This document shows, piece after piece, positions 49,641-64,000 of a DNA stretch of 64,000 nucleotides. A model generated the notes under the pieces. That model worked only from the letters and a program-made list of their open reading frames with translations. It was not told the origin of the DNA and made no database searches. How positions within the stretch are numbered: the first letter of the stretch is position 1; each line of letters starts with the position of its first letter. Origin of the DNA: Rhynchobatus australiae (taxonomy: Eukaryota); NCBI GenBank assembly GCA_034780895.1, contig JAUZTB010000076.1, positions 89,094,347 to 89,158,346 of the forward strand, read 5' to 3'. A program made the position numbers and the translations under genes.

Positions 49641-50654
49641 TCTCCCCTTTGTCCCACTCCTTCTACCCTACTAACTCCATTTAGAGCCCCGTGTTAAGAA
49701 AATGAACTGTGATGGTGGNNNNNNNNNNNNNNNNNNNNNNNNNNNNNNNNNNNNNNNNNNNNNNNNNNNNNNNNNNNNNNNNNNNNNNNNNNNNNNNNNN
49801 NNNNNNNNNNNNNNNNNNNNNNNNNNNNNNNNNNNNNNNNNNNNNNNNNNNNNNNNNNNNNNNNNNNNNNNNNNNNNNNNNNNNNNNNNNNNNNNNNNNN
49901 NNNNNNNNNNNNNNNNNNNNNNNNNNNNNNNNNNNNNNNNNNNNNNNNNNNNNNNNNNNNNNNNNNNNNNNNNNNNNNNNNNNNNNNNNNNNNNNNNNNN
50001 NNNNNNNNNNNNNNNNNNNNNNNNNNNNNNNNNNNNNNNNNNNNNNNTATCCAGTAATCGGTGGGAAACCTGCAGCTCAACTTTATGTCAAGCTTGTATA
50101 GGAGTTCCAGGGGGCAAAAGTCAGTTAAATTAACCAAAACCCATGCAGAGACTCCAAACTGGTTTAACTGAATCAGAAATTCAACTCTTAAGTCACCAAC
50201 TTGCGTTACAATACTTCTCTTCATTTTTCTCCCTTACTTTCTTTCAGTTGAATGGATGAGGAGCTAACATTTCCACTTTGTCAGAAAATTACCAGTTCAA
50301 AATACAAACTGTGTTAGGAAGCATTTGCAGAAACATTGTGAAGTGCAACATAGGTAAGGAACCATTTTAAAACGGGAAATGATACAGTTCTGATCTGCAA
50401 TAGAGTTCATTTTTTGCACTGGTTGATACGTTAATACGTTTACATTTGTTCATACTGTTGCAGCTATTTTAAGTGAGTGCTGTTATACTTTAGACAAATA
50501 CACTGACTTGTATATTAAAGGTTGGAGGAAATTAAAACTGCAGATGTTACTTCCATGCTTTCTCCTCACACCCTTCTGTGCCACAGTTACCTAAGAAGCC
50601 TAGGTTAATTAACCATGCATACAGCCAGGTTGAAGGCACAGTTTGCATATCTAG

Positions 50655-52340
50655 AATCATAGAATGGTTGCACCACTGGAGGAGTCCATTCTGCCCATCG
50701 AGTCCATGCTGGTCCTATACAAGAACAGTCCAGCTAGTCCCACTCTCCCATCCTCTCCCCGTAGCCTTGTAAATTCTTTCCTTTTAGATAGCTATCCAGC
50801 AACCTTTTCAACACAACAAATGAATCACTGGAAATGCATTTCAGAACCAAACCATTAAAAAAAAAGTTTCCTTGTGCTACTTTTGGTTCTATTACCAATG
50901 ATTTTCATTCTATAACCCCTGGTTCTTGACATCCACCCCCTCCTATTTTGCTCTAACTACTCTGTCAATACCATTTATAATTTTAAATACTTTTATTAGA
51001 TATCCTTGCAACATTCTCCGATCCAAGGAGAGCAACCCTAATCGATCCACATTACTAAACTCCCTCATCTCTGGAATCACTTTGGTTAATCCCTTCTGCA
51101 TCTTCTCTAGAAACTTTACATATTTCCTAAGAAATGATGCTCAATATTAGACACAATATTCCAGTATGAAGTTTTATGACTCTACTTGCTCTTCTATTTT
51201 AAATCATTGTTTATAAAGCTCAGGATCTTGTATGTTTTTATAACCATTTCTTTAATGTGCCCTGCCACCTTCAATGAACAATGCAAATATGCCAAGGTCA
51301 CCTTTATACTCCTTGTAGAATTATGTCCTTTAATTTATATCACCCCCTCTCATTCTTCCAAGCAAAATTTAGCAGTTTACCTTTTTCAGTATTAACTTTC
51401 ATCTGCCATCCATCTGTCCATTCCACCAGCCCATCTCTATCACTTTAGTCTATTATCATGCTACCTACAGCTTGCTGTGCCTTCAAGTTTATACCATCTG
51501 CAAATTCCCATCCACCGAAGTACAAAAGTAGTGATCTTAGTACTGGGTAACTCCCCTGTACTATTGTGCCCAAAGTGAAAAATAACTTTTNNNNNNNNNN
51601 NNNNNNNNNNNNNNNNNNNNNNNNNNNNNNNNNNNNNNNNNNNNNNNNNNNNNNNNNNNNNNNNNNNNNNNNNNNNNNNNNNNNNNNNNNNNNNNNNNNN
51701 NNNNNNNNNNNNNNNNNNNNNNNNNNNNNNNNNNNNNNNNNNNNNNNNNNNNNNNNNNNNNNNNNNNNNNNNNNACAAAATTTTGCTTAATATCTCATTT
51801 TCTATGAATACATCCCTTATGTAAATGGCTATGCTCTCTGTTTCAGTTTCTTATTTCATTGACAAATTTCTATCAATGCTTTCATTCCATGGGTTTCAAT
51901 CTTGATGACAAGCTTGGCACATGGCACCTTATTAAATAACTTTGGCAATCTATATATACTACATCAGCTGGCTTTCCCTCATTGACACTCTCTGTTACTT
52001 CATCGAGATACTCTCTCAAGTTAATTGGAACTGAATTGCATTTAACAAATCCATACTGATTTTGTCTAATCAAATAAACCTATATAAGTGATTGTTAATT
52101 CTGTTTTTGATTTTTGTTTTCTATCACTTTCCCTATCAACTAAGTTAAATTGACTGACCTGTGGTTATTGGGTTTATCCCTTCTCCCTTTTCAAAGAAGG
52201 TTGTGATGTTTACAATTTTCCAGTCCTCAGACTATGAATCTTTGGATGTTTGTAAGATTACGACTGGGTCATTGCAATTTTCTCCCTTATTTCCCTCAAC
52301 AATCTTGGAGACATCCATCCCATCTGGACTAGGTGCTCTT
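50655..52340 (-). mobile_element. Older degenerate CR1-like LINE
   Basis: ORF 51882..52073 IRQNQYGFVK...DVVYID; tail agaatcatagaat at about 50655. Confidence 0.8.
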
Positions 52341-55300
52341 GTGTCACGTAATCTAACATAAAAGCAACTTAGCAAAGTCTTGGGGAAACACTGATTCCTC
52401 CCACAGGGAAGAGCAATCAAGAAAAAAAAATGGTCTAATGGTGCAATAGTAAAGGGCGTAGAGAGGTCCCCTTGTGCCAGATCCTTTGATCTTTCAGTCA
52501 GGTAATAGGGAAGTGAGGGTAAAACAAAGTTGTTTATAATTTAGTAAGGAGAAAATATGAATCTAATCCATATAGGTCCAGCCTAATTGAGGGGGGAGTA
52601 TATCATAGCACTATCAGTTAACAATATTTCAACATGCTCCTAGCAGTCACCCAGTATTCCACTGTCATCTGCATAACCCCATTCACGCTGCTCTTTTCTT
52701 TAAAACTTAGTGAGTAATTTATTCAATCAACCCTCACTTTTCTTGCCATGCTGGTGTGGCACTGTTGCTCCATCTTGGTTGGCAGTGAGGTACAGCAGCT
52801 CCAAAGATAACACCGGCCTTATTAAGGAGAAACACTCCTGTCTCTGCAGAGGCAAATAAAACAGATAGGCAGCCCTGGCTGCCCTTCTCTTGGTCCTGCT
52901 CCCTTGTCGTGCAGCTTTTAGTTCCATTATACAATGAGTTCAAGACCCTCTTCTATGCTCAATCAGCCTTCTAACAAAGATTTTATTTTCCAGATATGTT
53001 AAACTCATGAATCTAGACAGAAAAACCTGTCCCAGTGATGTAAATTTCAATAGCTTGGATTGAATCATGAACCATTCTGAAATCAGGAAGACTGGAAATA
53101 CAAAACCACATACTTTCTCTCACACGGTCTAGACATGACAACAGCTAGACTACATTAGTAACCAGAATTAGAATGAATTATCAGAACATTTTCAATCAGC
53201 ACATTTTCTTCCAAAACGCACTGCCTGAGAGTGAGCATGATTTTTTATTGAATTTAGTGCAGCAAAAGATTGACTAATTCTTCCCTGTTATTAAAGCCAC
53301 AGGTGTAGAAGAAGCAGATGGGGTATGAATTACAGCAACTGAAATAATGAAAATGTCTTCTTATTACACAATGAAATATCACAGAGTGTAGCAGTAGACT
53401 GGGGATGGCATAGGTTATCTCTATTGTGTCTTCCCCAGCACATTCTTGCAACTAGTACAGCAAAAGAACACTCTTTCATCTGTGCAGACCAGCAAACCTT
53501 CCTGTTGCAAGCATAGAGAATCCTCATTCACCATCCCCCCTCTGCCCCCATACCACCACTACTTCCCACCNNNNNNNNNNNNNNNNNNNNNNNNNNNNNN
53601 NNNNNNNNNNNNNNNNNNNNNNNNNNNNNNNNNNNNNNNNNNNNNNNNNNNNNNNNNNNNNNNNNNNNNNCCCCACACAACTCCTTACTCTCCCATGGCA
53701 CACCAAATCTTCTAAATTCCTCTCCTAGCAGGAAGCCAGTGGAACTAAAGGTTTCCTGTGAACTTCTGAAACTAAAGCACAACTGTCACTATTTTCTATA
53801 GCTTTCTATCAAACTCTTTTATCCTGGAAAATGCAATTAGATTGTAGCTGAAAAAAGACAATGCTCCTTAAAGGGTGATGCAACATATTGGCGTTACAAA
53901 GATGTGCCGAGATTCCCCATCTGGCACATGTGGAAGGTTTGGCAAGAAGCAATACGTGCTTTTTCTGTGGTAATTATTTCTTTGCAGTGTTCTCTGATTT
54001 ATTGCAGTAAAAGTTCCAAAAATCCATAGCACTAAAAAAGAAACAAAAACGCTTGTCCTCCAAGCTTATTTGAGCAAACAGCTAGAGCTCGTTTTGCCAA
54101 CATTTGTTACATCAACAACTTATATTCAGAACGTATTTTGCAAGAGCCCACTGGGATCGTTTCTACCTCCGCAATGAGTCTGTAGGCTGCAGCAGGATGC
54201 AAGGANNNNNNNNNNNNNNNNNNNNNNNNNNNNNNNNNNNNNNNNNNNNNNNNNNNNNNNNNNNNNNNNNNNNNNNNNNNNNNNNNNNNNNNNNNNNNNN
54301 NNNNNNNNNNNNNNNNNNNNNNNNNNNNNNNNNNNNNNNNNNNNNNNNNNNNNNNNNNNNNNNNNNNNNNNNNNNNNNNNNNNNNNNNNNNNNNNNNNNN
54401 NNNNNNNNNNNNNNNNNNNNNNNNNNNNNNNNNNNNNNNNNNNNNNNNNNNNNNNNNNNNNNNNNNNNNNNNNNNNNNNNNNNNNNNNNNNNNNNNNNNN
54501 NNNNNNNNNNNNNNNNNNNNNNNNNNNNNNNNNNNNNNNNNNNNNNNNNNNNNNAACACAGTGAAGCTTTATTATCATCTTTGACCAAAGTGTAAAAATG
54601 AAGAATGTGATATCACATTTTAGGGATTCCATCAAAACCACATTTATAGAAATCACAGCAGCATGATTTGAAAGTGTGATTCTTTTCTAAACAGAGCACT
54701 CAATTTTACTGATATATTTATTTAAATAAATGAAAACTCTTGTTACACCTTCTTAGTTCATTATAAAGTCCAAACTGAAAGCATTAATCTCCAGGAGCAT
54801 TGAGAAGACAGATTTCCTACATGTTTAGTTCGGAATCAAGATTCATATCTTCTCTTTTTGCAGTTTACCTAAAACCAGATCAATCAATTGCTGTGCTTAG
54901 TTTCTAACAACAATAAAACGTATACTTTCACAGCATCTTATCACATTACATCTTCTCCGTATATCGAATGGCTTTACTTTGAAAAAGTCAGATGAATCAT
55001 TGCTTAGGCAAACAAGACAACCATTTTTATATACAGCAAGATCCACAGACACCACTTAAATAAATCACCGATATATCTGGTCTCAAAGTCCCTGACTAAG
55101 TAAGGCTNNNNNNNNNNGTTTTGACATGGTCACTGGAAGAACTCTGTGCCTGTTTTAATAGTACTGTGGGATCTTTAACATCCATTCAAACAGGTAAATA
55201 GAATCATCATCTAATATCTCATTTGAGCAGTAACCATTTCTCATTAAGGTGAAGTCAAATGACCTGGTACTGCCAGTACATTGGCCTTCAGAAAATGTGG

Positions 55301-57464
55301 TCACTTCTATTGATTGATTGTATGACATTTTGTAAAACCTAAACAAAGCCGCAGAGATCTAATAGACACAGCGCTAGAACAACAAGGGGCCATACAAATC
55401 CCAGTGTCAGCAACAGGATCTGTTGTTTCACAGTATGATTTCTTCGTTGAGGCAACATTCGTAGTAACTTAGCAAAGCAAAGTATTTCCTTTTATGTCCT
55501 GTGATACTTCACAAAGATTACCTTTCCTGGTGAATAGTTTACATAAGGATTGCTGCCTTCAGCAAGCATATACTTCTTCAGTTACAATGAAAGATTGTCA
55601 ATGGGTGAATTTCCACTCTGGTTCCTTCAGATGGAAATTCAGTGTAGTAATCCAATGGTGTGGCTGAACATTGCTATCTTTCCCTATTTGGCCTTTTCTT
55701 AAATAAAATCCAAACTGGTTTAACAACATGGAACCAGAACAGAGAGTTCAATAACAGCAGGATTTACCAAATACATATTTTGCCTTAGCTGGGCAGTGTT
55801 ATCACCAACAAAAATAATATTTATTTTATGANNNNNNNNNNTGAGGGCAGTTTGCAACATAAACTGTTCCCAAAGAAAAATAATATTTATTTCAGTCTGC
55901 CTCATCTTGGAGATGGGCAAATGATGAAGCATTTCTGTTTAAAATTGAAGATAATACTGAAGTAAGCTAAGTGTTCACCTATGCTGAATGCCACTCAGAG
56001 TGACTCAAACTACTTCAGGGACATCGAGCTGAAACCTCCTCCAAAAATAGGTGCTTTCTGGTTTGGTGGCTTTCAAAATCCAGATCCAATCAACCCACAC
56101 ATGGGTTTACCAGAGGTGAAACAAGGGGCAGGCAATGGGACTGGGTTGGAATGAGATTATTTTAGTTAGGCTGCCGGGCTCTGATTAATCAGTTTTACAT
56201 GTTTGGTCATAGCTGGCTGAGGCTCCCAGGCTTTGGGAAACCCAGCAACTGAAGGGAGTAAGGCAGGATCTGACAAGAACAGAGGCGTTTCCCTCCTTGT
56301 CCTCCTTTTAATATAGTAACTACCCACTCCTACTATCCTCACTGATATATCTTATTCCATCTGAAGGATGGAATATTCCATCTGAAGGAATCAGACCTCA
56401 CCTCTACCTGACGTAGCAAGATCTGATGCTTGGACCCAGGGATCCAAAACCCCTTCCCATTCTTTCATCAACAGTGCTGTAGATTTATTTGCTGTTGCAA
56501 CCTGTTCAGGAGTACTCCCACCAGAGTAGATACTGAGTCTGACTTGCAAACTTGAAACACATCAAGTTCAAAGGATGCAAGCCCTGGAGTTACAAATACA
56601 CAGCCTGCCATAAAATCATTTCTCTCGGCTTCCTGACAGAAACTCTGCCCTTTCACTGGTCTATTCAGCCCACCTGGATGAAATTCTGCAAAATGAATTA
56701 CACAATCTAGACTGCAAGGACTGCTGTGTTTCGGTGGATAGAGCAGCCATGGGTGCAGAGTTCGACTCCACAAGCATCAAGATGAATAATGATCCCATGA
56801 TTTAGTCAAGAAACAAAGTCGTCCAGATCACTAAAGGAACTTGCTAATCTTTTTCAAATAATGCTCTGGCTCCTTTAATGTTGGACTCCCTCAGCACTGC
56901 TGGGAAAAGTTTTTATATTTTGTTGGTAACCAAGTTCTTTAAAAAATGGCCAAATCTAAAATGGCAGACAAATGAATTTCATACAAATACATTAAGTTTA
57001 TCTGTAGTAATAATTGCATTGTGCAATTTTCTACATTTATAACATGTTATATTCTCCATTGCTGGACTGAAGTGTAACTTGGATTATAATTAAACAAATG
57101 TTCATCTATCAGCTTCTATCTTACAATTACTGATGATAAAAGTCATTAGTCAGTATAAAGTGCAGATAATTATTAATGAATGCTGCTAACAAAAGTGAAG
57201 TACAGGTTGTGAGTCAAAAGTGCATTTAATACTATTTACTTTTGAGTAAATAATTGTCTTTACACTTTTTTGTGGAAAGCTAACTAGTAACTGCTTAATG
57301 TATGATAACTGAAAGGCTCAGTGTATCCACTTTTTACTTAGCTATTGTGCACTATTCAAGGTTTCTTGATGAATTTATGAGTTTGTAACTGGACCAGTAT
57401 CCAAATTTTATACTGCTAGAGACTTAGCTTCATAAAACTTTTGATTAACAAAAAATTAAGAAAT

Positions 57465-57910
57465 AATTGGCCTTATATAGCACCTTTCAGGATGTCCCAA
57501 AGTACTTTACATTCAACTAAGTACAAGTTTGAAGGGTAGTGACCTTTGGAATGTTCAAAATGCAGCAGTCAATTTGTTCAAAGCACATTCCAACAAACAA
57601 TAAATGTGATAATAACCAAATTATCTATTTTTAGGCAGTGGTTAGGGAGTAGATATTAACCGGGCTATTGGGTGTAACATCCCTGCTCTTTGTCAGAATT
57701 TTTCAGAATGGGAACTTTTCTGTTCACCAAAAAGAGCAGTTCAAGTCTCAGTATGACAGTGAACTCATAGGCAGCCCATCTAACAGTACAGCACTCCTTC
57801 AGTACTGCACTTAAATGCCAGCCTGGGTTTTAGTGTTCAGGTCTCTGTGGGACTTGAACCCCAAACTTCTGACTCAGCAAGAGTGTTACTTACAGAGCTT
57901 CAGCTGACAC
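57465..57910 (-). mobile_element. Deu-domain-like SINE, degenerate
   Basis: Tail ttatatagcacctttcaggatgtcccaaag; body tctaacagtacagcactccttcagtactgcac; head gggacttgaaccc...ttctgactcag. Confidence 0.65.
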
Positions 57911-58024
57911 CAGTGGTAAGTTTAATGAAATAAAACATAAATAACATCAGATGCAAATCACCATTGCCGTACTGTATTTTGTGTGGCTGGACTTCTCCCT
58001 TGTATTCTCCTTTTTAAATTTCTC

Positions 58025-58155
58025 CTTGACCTCCCGTTGCCAGTGGGAGGTTGTGCTGGGCAAGTGGAGACACTTGCAGGCTGCCCTCAGAACACTCTAT
58101 ACAAAAGTGGCATTTCACTGTGTGTTTCGATGTACACGTGACTAATAAAGAAATC
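58025..58155 (+). mobile_element. 3' tail fragment of the 37790-type SINE
   Basis: gacacttgcaggctgccc...ttcactgtgtgtttcgatgtacacgtgactaataaa. Confidence 0.75.
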
Positions 58156-61100
58156 TTATCTTTTTCATGCTTTTGCATTTTACCCAATGAGACCAAAGTT
58201 GAGTTGTTATGGATCTGGTTTTGGAGTGGACAGTCCAGTTATTGATGCCAAGCATCTTTTAAAAAGTCAACCAATAAAAATCAACAACAAGGTATCAGCC
58301 TCCATCTTCGTTGCATGTAAATGAATGGAAATCAGATGGATTGTGAACAGCCAGGCCATCTGAGCATCAAAACTTTTAGCTCCATAAGAATCATTTTTAG
58401 ATAAATGATGATTTCCAACCTGCTCCCATTTGTTTGTTACATTATTTTATTAATTTTCCACAATAGCAGACCAACCATTAGCATTCTAGCCATGTACCCA
58501 CTGTTGACCCAGTCTATCCAACCTGTTCATTTACAGACACATGACAGGAAATGAATGCAGAGACAAAGAAGGAATTTACCTCCGCTACCTATTTTGAAAA
58601 AAGGTAGTAATTTTGTTTTTCAAAGCAGATATCAGTTTAAGAAGGTAAACCAACCTGATTATCAGGAACTCACTCAGCTTGCTGAAGATAGCTTGCAGCT
58701 CTGCAGGACAGGACTCAACCTGCCAGTTTATTTTTGCTTCCTTTCCTTAAGACAATGTGCTCCATTTCCCTACTAAGCCTCCACCTAGCAACGGAGAGAG
58801 GTACTGGTAAAACATGCCCAATGTCAATTAAGACTGAGATTTGAACTCATGACCTCTCGGGTGGGAGTCCAATGTGATAAGCTGGGGTTGTAGGGCCACC
58901 TAAAATGGATAAAATCTTTTAACCTCCGAAGTCACCTGCATTCTTGTTCTTACCTCCCTGTAATAAAACAAATAACTGCAAGCACCATTTTTTTTTGCAT
59001 TCAGGTCTTTCAATAACTTGTGGCAAACAAAAACTTATTGGCAAAAAGCCTTCCATGGCTTTAAAATTAATGTAGTGTACTTAATGTCTCCTTTAATTAA
59101 TACAGGCAGTTCAGATAAGGCTTCCAAACAGATGACACTCTGCCTTCAATTCTTGGGATGCACAAATGTGTAAACGGCTGTTTTTGCCCCAGAGTGAACA
59201 GCTGCTGATGAACCTGAATTGCGGTTTCTTTATGCCAAAGCTACAAGTCTTTTAAAGTTTGCTTGAAATTGAAGCCAAGTTACATTAAGTCATGCTTGGC
59301 AAAGCTTCTCACTTTGCTTCTTCTTCACCACAAACTCAAAAGGCCGAGCCGAGCTGCAGTACTCCATCTGTGAGCCAGAGAGCAGGATATGCACTGCATC
59401 CCATCCACTGTACAAACACAATATGGAATAACCTACTAAACTCAGCAAGACCAAAAGAGAAAATAACAAACTATAGTGAGTTTTTTTGTTTATGTCAATT
59501 TGCACATAACTAAATTTATCAAGTGCAGTTTTCCCAACTCCAAGAGGTATAACGGCCTTGATTTTAAATATCTTATCCTTATTTGTGAAGACCTTATTGG
59601 CCTCACCCTTCATTATCTCTGAAACCTCCTCTAACCCACAGCCCTCCAGGATATCTGTGCATTTCCAATTCTGGTCTCTTGGGCATTTCGCACTTTTAAT
59701 TGGTCCACCATTCATGCTGCCTGTTCCTTCAGTTTCCGAGTCCCTAAACCTTTCTGTCTCTCTGACTCTCTCTCTCTCACTTTGAGATGCTCCTTCAAAT
59801 CTCCTGAAATCTCCCAGTGTCTTGGTGACAATTTTTGTTTAATAATTGCTCCTGCAAAATGGTTTGGGATATTTTACTTTGATAAAGGCTAATAAAAATT
59901 CAAGCAGTTGTTGAGGCTGTAAAAACTACATAAAAGTGAGACAAGAAGAGAAAGCATTTTAATACTGCCTCCATATTAGAATGCTTAGGTTGGAGGAAGC
60001 TTGATTTAAAGAGCTGCACTGGAGTTTGAAGGGAATTTTAATGGCACAATAAACAGAATAATAATTTGTATCTATATATGTCCAAAAATTGAAAGACATC
60101 TCTTCAGGTGCGTTAAACAGTTGATTCACAGTGGGCCAATGAATGATTTATTTAAAGGCTTGCTGCCTCTTGCACTGCTGAACAGGTTTGAACACATACA
60201 AAGGCCTTTCCTTGGAGAACTCCACCACTGCATGAGCCCAGATCCAATGGTCATGCAGTGAGAAGGCAAGAAGACAGAGTTGGGAGGTCAGGGATCAGAA
60301 GCAGATCAGCTCCAGTCAGTACATAGGAAGTTCAGGGCTGGAATCAAACAAGGAATAAGGCAAGGGACCTGAGATGGGTTCCCAGCAGTTGACTCCATAA
60401 GCTGAGAGTGGATCTAACAAGCTACCTTTAAGCACCTCTGAAGCAGACCTAGCAAGTGCTGTGAAGTATCATTGAATACCATTGTGCAGGACCACATAAA
60501 TCCCTGCATTCTTGTGTAAGACATACAGGGGATTTGGAACTCACAGTGAGTACCCCCAACATTTAATTTTTGTTGAAATTGAATTGCCTCGTACAGATAG
60601 ACATGAGCAATCCAATTTCTAGGCAGCAGCACCCTTAGCACAGCAAACTGCCCCAAGGTGTTTACAGGAGTGATCATAAAGCAAAATTTGTCGGTGGGCC
60701 GTGTCAGGGAACGTTACTATAGGTTACCAAAAGCTCGGTCACAAGGTGAATTTTAAGAGCCTGATAGCATCTTAGTAATGGCAACAGATGACGATTATAA
60801 TTGTGCCCAGTTAACATCCTTGGAGTGGGTTCTCCAGATATAAAGGAGGCTCTCAGAATGGGAGAGGGAGACTGCAACTGTAAGGCAATGTCATTGACAA
60901 GGGTACAATTTCCTTGTCCATTTTAACTTCTCTTTGGGTGCTTTGGCTAAGATTCCTTCCACTATTAGCACCCTCCAGAATGTGAATCAGTCATTCATCT
61001 ATTTGTTCTGTGTGAAATTTTGCTATCCACCTCCTTGTAAGTAAATGCATTCTAACAAAGTTTCAAACATGCCACAATTACTTTACACTGCATGTATAAC

Positions 61101-61247
61101 AATTTCTGAAAGAACAAGTAAACTCATATGTATTCACNNNNNNNNNNNNNNNNNNNNNNNNNNNNNNNNNNNNNNNNNNNNNNNNNNNNNNNNNNNNNNN
61201 NNNNNNNNNNNNNNNNNNNNNNNNNNNNNNNNNNNNNNNNNNNNNNN

Positions 61248-61476
61248 CTGGGAGCAGCCCGCAAGTGTCGCCACGCTTCTGGCACCAACACAGCATGCCC
61301 ACAGCTTCCTAACCCATATGCCTTTGGAATGTGGGAGGAAACCGGAGCACCTGGAGGAAACCCACACAGACATGGGGAGAGCGTACAAACTCCTTACAGA
61401 CAGTGGGCAGAATCGAACCCAGGTCACTGGTGCTGTAATAGCGTTACATTAACTGCTACACCACCGTGCCTGCCCA
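61248..61476 (-). mobile_element. HE1-like V-SINE copy
   Basis: gggaggaaaccggagcacctggaggaaacccac...gtacaaactccttacagacag...aatcgaaccc. Confidence 0.85.
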
Positions 61477-61793
61477 AAGTAGCATCTTTTGTGAAATTTG
61501 GAGCAACATGAAGTTTCTTTTATTTAAGAATGCAAGAACACAAAAAAATAGGAGCAGAAGTTGGCCACCAGGCCCTCCAAGCCTGCCCTGCTATTCAATA
61601 TGATCATGGTTGATCTATGTTGGTCTCAACTCCTCTTCTATGCCAGTTCCTCATAATCCTTGATCTTCCAAATATTTATCTACCTCCACCTTAATTATAT
61701 CTAATGATCTGGCCTCCACCACCCTCAGTGGCAGAAAATTCCAGAGATTCACTATGCCCCTCAATTTTAAATGACCAGCTCCTTATTTTGTAG

Positions 61794-62023
61794 AGAAACC
61801 AAGGACTGCAGATGTTGGAATCCTAGATGAAAAACACAATGATGCTGGAGGAACCCAGCAGGACAGGCAGCANNNNNNNNNNNNNNNNNNNNNNNNNNNN
61901 NNNNNNNNNNNNNNNNNNNNNNNNNNNNNNNNNNNNNNNNNNNNNNNNNNNNNNNNNNNNNNNNNNNNNNNNCAGGCAGCATCTGTGGAGAAAAGCAGGC
62001 CCGCCAACATTTCAGGTCAGGAC
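61794..62023 (-). mobile_element. Penelope-like repeat inserted in a CR1 tail fragment, with a 13-bp target-site duplication
   Basis: ccttattttgtag at 61781-61793 and 62024-62036 flanks the reverse-oriented repeat. The host CR1 tail spans about 61535-61790. Confidence 0.75.
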
Positions 62024-64000
62024 CCTTATTTTGTAGCTATATCCTCTTGCCGGAAGAATATAGATCAGCAGGATAAAAGGCACACTTGTGTAACTTCTCC
62101 AGCGCCAGTGTGGTGGAGGAATAATAATAAAGACTTGTCACAACATTAAAAGGGGGCTTAGATTTTTAATGGCAAGACTTAATGCTGTGGTAATGTTAGT
62201 TCATGTCTACTCATAATTACAGCAACCTCCAGTGAGGCAGATTGCAAGATGTCTTTTCTCACCAGTCTAACAGTGGAGCAGCATATCTCAGACTTCTTAC
62301 ACTTATCTCTGTGTCTGCTTCTTGCATGATGTTGCAGAAGCACTTAGGCCCAAACAACACTGAGCATCATCAGCCTCAGCATTACATTGATTGCCAATTA
62401 TAGCCCAACAGTGACATGTATACAGCAGAACATCTCAGTGTATTTCAGGAACGAGGAATTCCAGGGGAAGTGACCAAAGCCAATTGCTGATGAAGTTTTT
62501 GAAGGAGAGATGTGGATGGGTGATGCTAGGTGGCAGTGCTCTCTGTAACTATTGCTGGGTGAATGCAGAGGAGGCTGGATTTGGAAGAGTGGCTCACAGC
62601 AGAGCTGAGGGTATTGCTGATGTGAAGAGAGCCACGGAGGATTTGTGAATGAGGACAGGGACCATCATTTGTTGGAGGAAACTGGTCTGCACAATCAAAA
62701 TGTACAAGCTGGAGGGGTCCAACTATCAGAAAACACAAGGGATAAACTACAGCATATACATTNNNNNNNTTCGAACATTTGAGCTGGATGGCTTCTGAGA
62801 AAACAAATGGAGTAATTCACTGCAGTTGACAGTTCAAATATCCACATTGTTAATGTTTAATTGACACACTGCGACATTATAAAATGCTCATTACCCTGCA
62901 GGCCCAGGCAGCCTAATTCAAGCTTGTGATGTAAGTAAGGCTTGTGTCTCTAAGGACACAACTTCCAGTTTGTTGGCTTTACTTCTGTGCAGCTAATGTC
63001 ATCTTCCTGTTTAAACAGTTGTTAGCAAAATACAGGTGCAAATCAGGCCTATGCAAGCATAACATACCAGAGAGGCACACTGCATGCAAACAGCATTAAG
63101 AAAACGTTGATGTGAATAAGCTGTAATTCTCCTGAATCAGGCTCTGTACTGACTGTAAGAGAGAGAAAAAAAATCAGACTCCCAGCTTTTTTTTTGCAGT
63201 AAAAATAGGAGTTACTGGCTTAATAGTTCAGGAGGTCAGGCAATGATGCTGGTGTTGTGATTTGCAGCATCATTTATGATTACAGGGAATATATAGCACA
63301 GACACTCTACTTCTCCAAACAAGTTTATCCTGGTGCTTATATTCCACACAGACTCCCTCCCATGCCATCTACTACACTTAGCCTTTCAGCATCTTTCTGC
63401 TCCCTTTTCTCTCATGTACTCCATGTGCTCATCTAATTTCCTTTAGTTCCCTACTGGATAACTTAGTTTTAATGGGCCATAATTTTGGCTTCTTCTGCAA
63501 GTGGAAAAAAAAGTCACCCAACATTTCTCCTGTCCAATCTATCCATAATTCCAGGGGACTTTATGTTGTCTTTCNNNNNNNNNNNNNNNNNNNNNNNNNN
63601 NNNNNNNNCCTAATGACTGCGATCTTTTGCCACTAGAACTATCCTTTATGAATCGGGTTTCCAGGTAAGTTATTCAACTTTACAAAAACAAAACATACTT
63701 CTAATGAAAAGGCTACCCTTGCCCCAATAGCCCTGCACTTAAACCCTCCCAAACTTTGAGAGTGATTATGAAAAATTTAATGGCCCAAACTATGCCAAAT
63801 TAATTTGGACAGGCCCAATAGTGTTCCAGAACTGAGAAATACACTTTGTCAAACAGGAAAGAAAAACAAAAGAGATAGTTTTTTTAAAAAATGGGATTGT
63901 CAAAGGATGGAAGTGTTTAGTATAGACATTTTATAATACTGTCCGCCATGAAATTTCATTTCAAATCCCAAAGACCAATAATATCTAAAATCTCTCATAG

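Noticed and set aside
49242-64000. Upstream MEIS1 homeodomain exon (HPYPSEEQKKQL...QVNNW)
   Set aside because: Not found by eye. It presumably lies beyond the window end or in a gap.
1-64000. CRISPR array, rRNA or prokaryotic operon-like systems
   Set aside because: The sequence is vertebrate intronic/intergenic DNA. No regularly spaced repeat-spacer array or rRNA-like sequence was seen.

Overview
Eukaryotic (vertebrate) genomic DNA from a gapped draft assembly. The repeat content (HE1-like V-SINEs, CR1/HER1-like and L2-like LINE fragments, Deu-domain-like SINEs, Penelope-type terminal repeats) points to a cartilaginous fish (shark or ray); this is an inference. The window holds the 3' part of a TALE-homeobox gene, MEIS1, on the minus strand. 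The visible parts are the exon encoding the end of homeodomain helix 3 (49183-49241, with a GC splice donor), a 27.3 kb repeat-filled intron, the 90-nt '[11 protein letters not shown]...' exon (21785-21874), an alternative exon probably hidden in the N-gap at 21375-21506, the terminal MEIS1B-type coding exon (18550-18836) and a ~1.25 kb 3'UTR. Roughly 11-22 kb is almost free of transposons and carries enhancer-like blocks with MEIS/PBX-HOX and RFX motifs; its 11-17.8 kb part is CpG-rich. The rest is TE-rich. The most interesting observations are (1) a family of short repeats carrying minimal type-I hammerhead-ribozyme-like cores, some as fold-back insertions with target-site duplications, and (2) a GC donor followed by an open, basic 27/29-codon extension with an in-phase GT donor, which could give two extra MEIS1 isoforms. 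Most other ORFs in the track are spurious or degenerate TE remnants.
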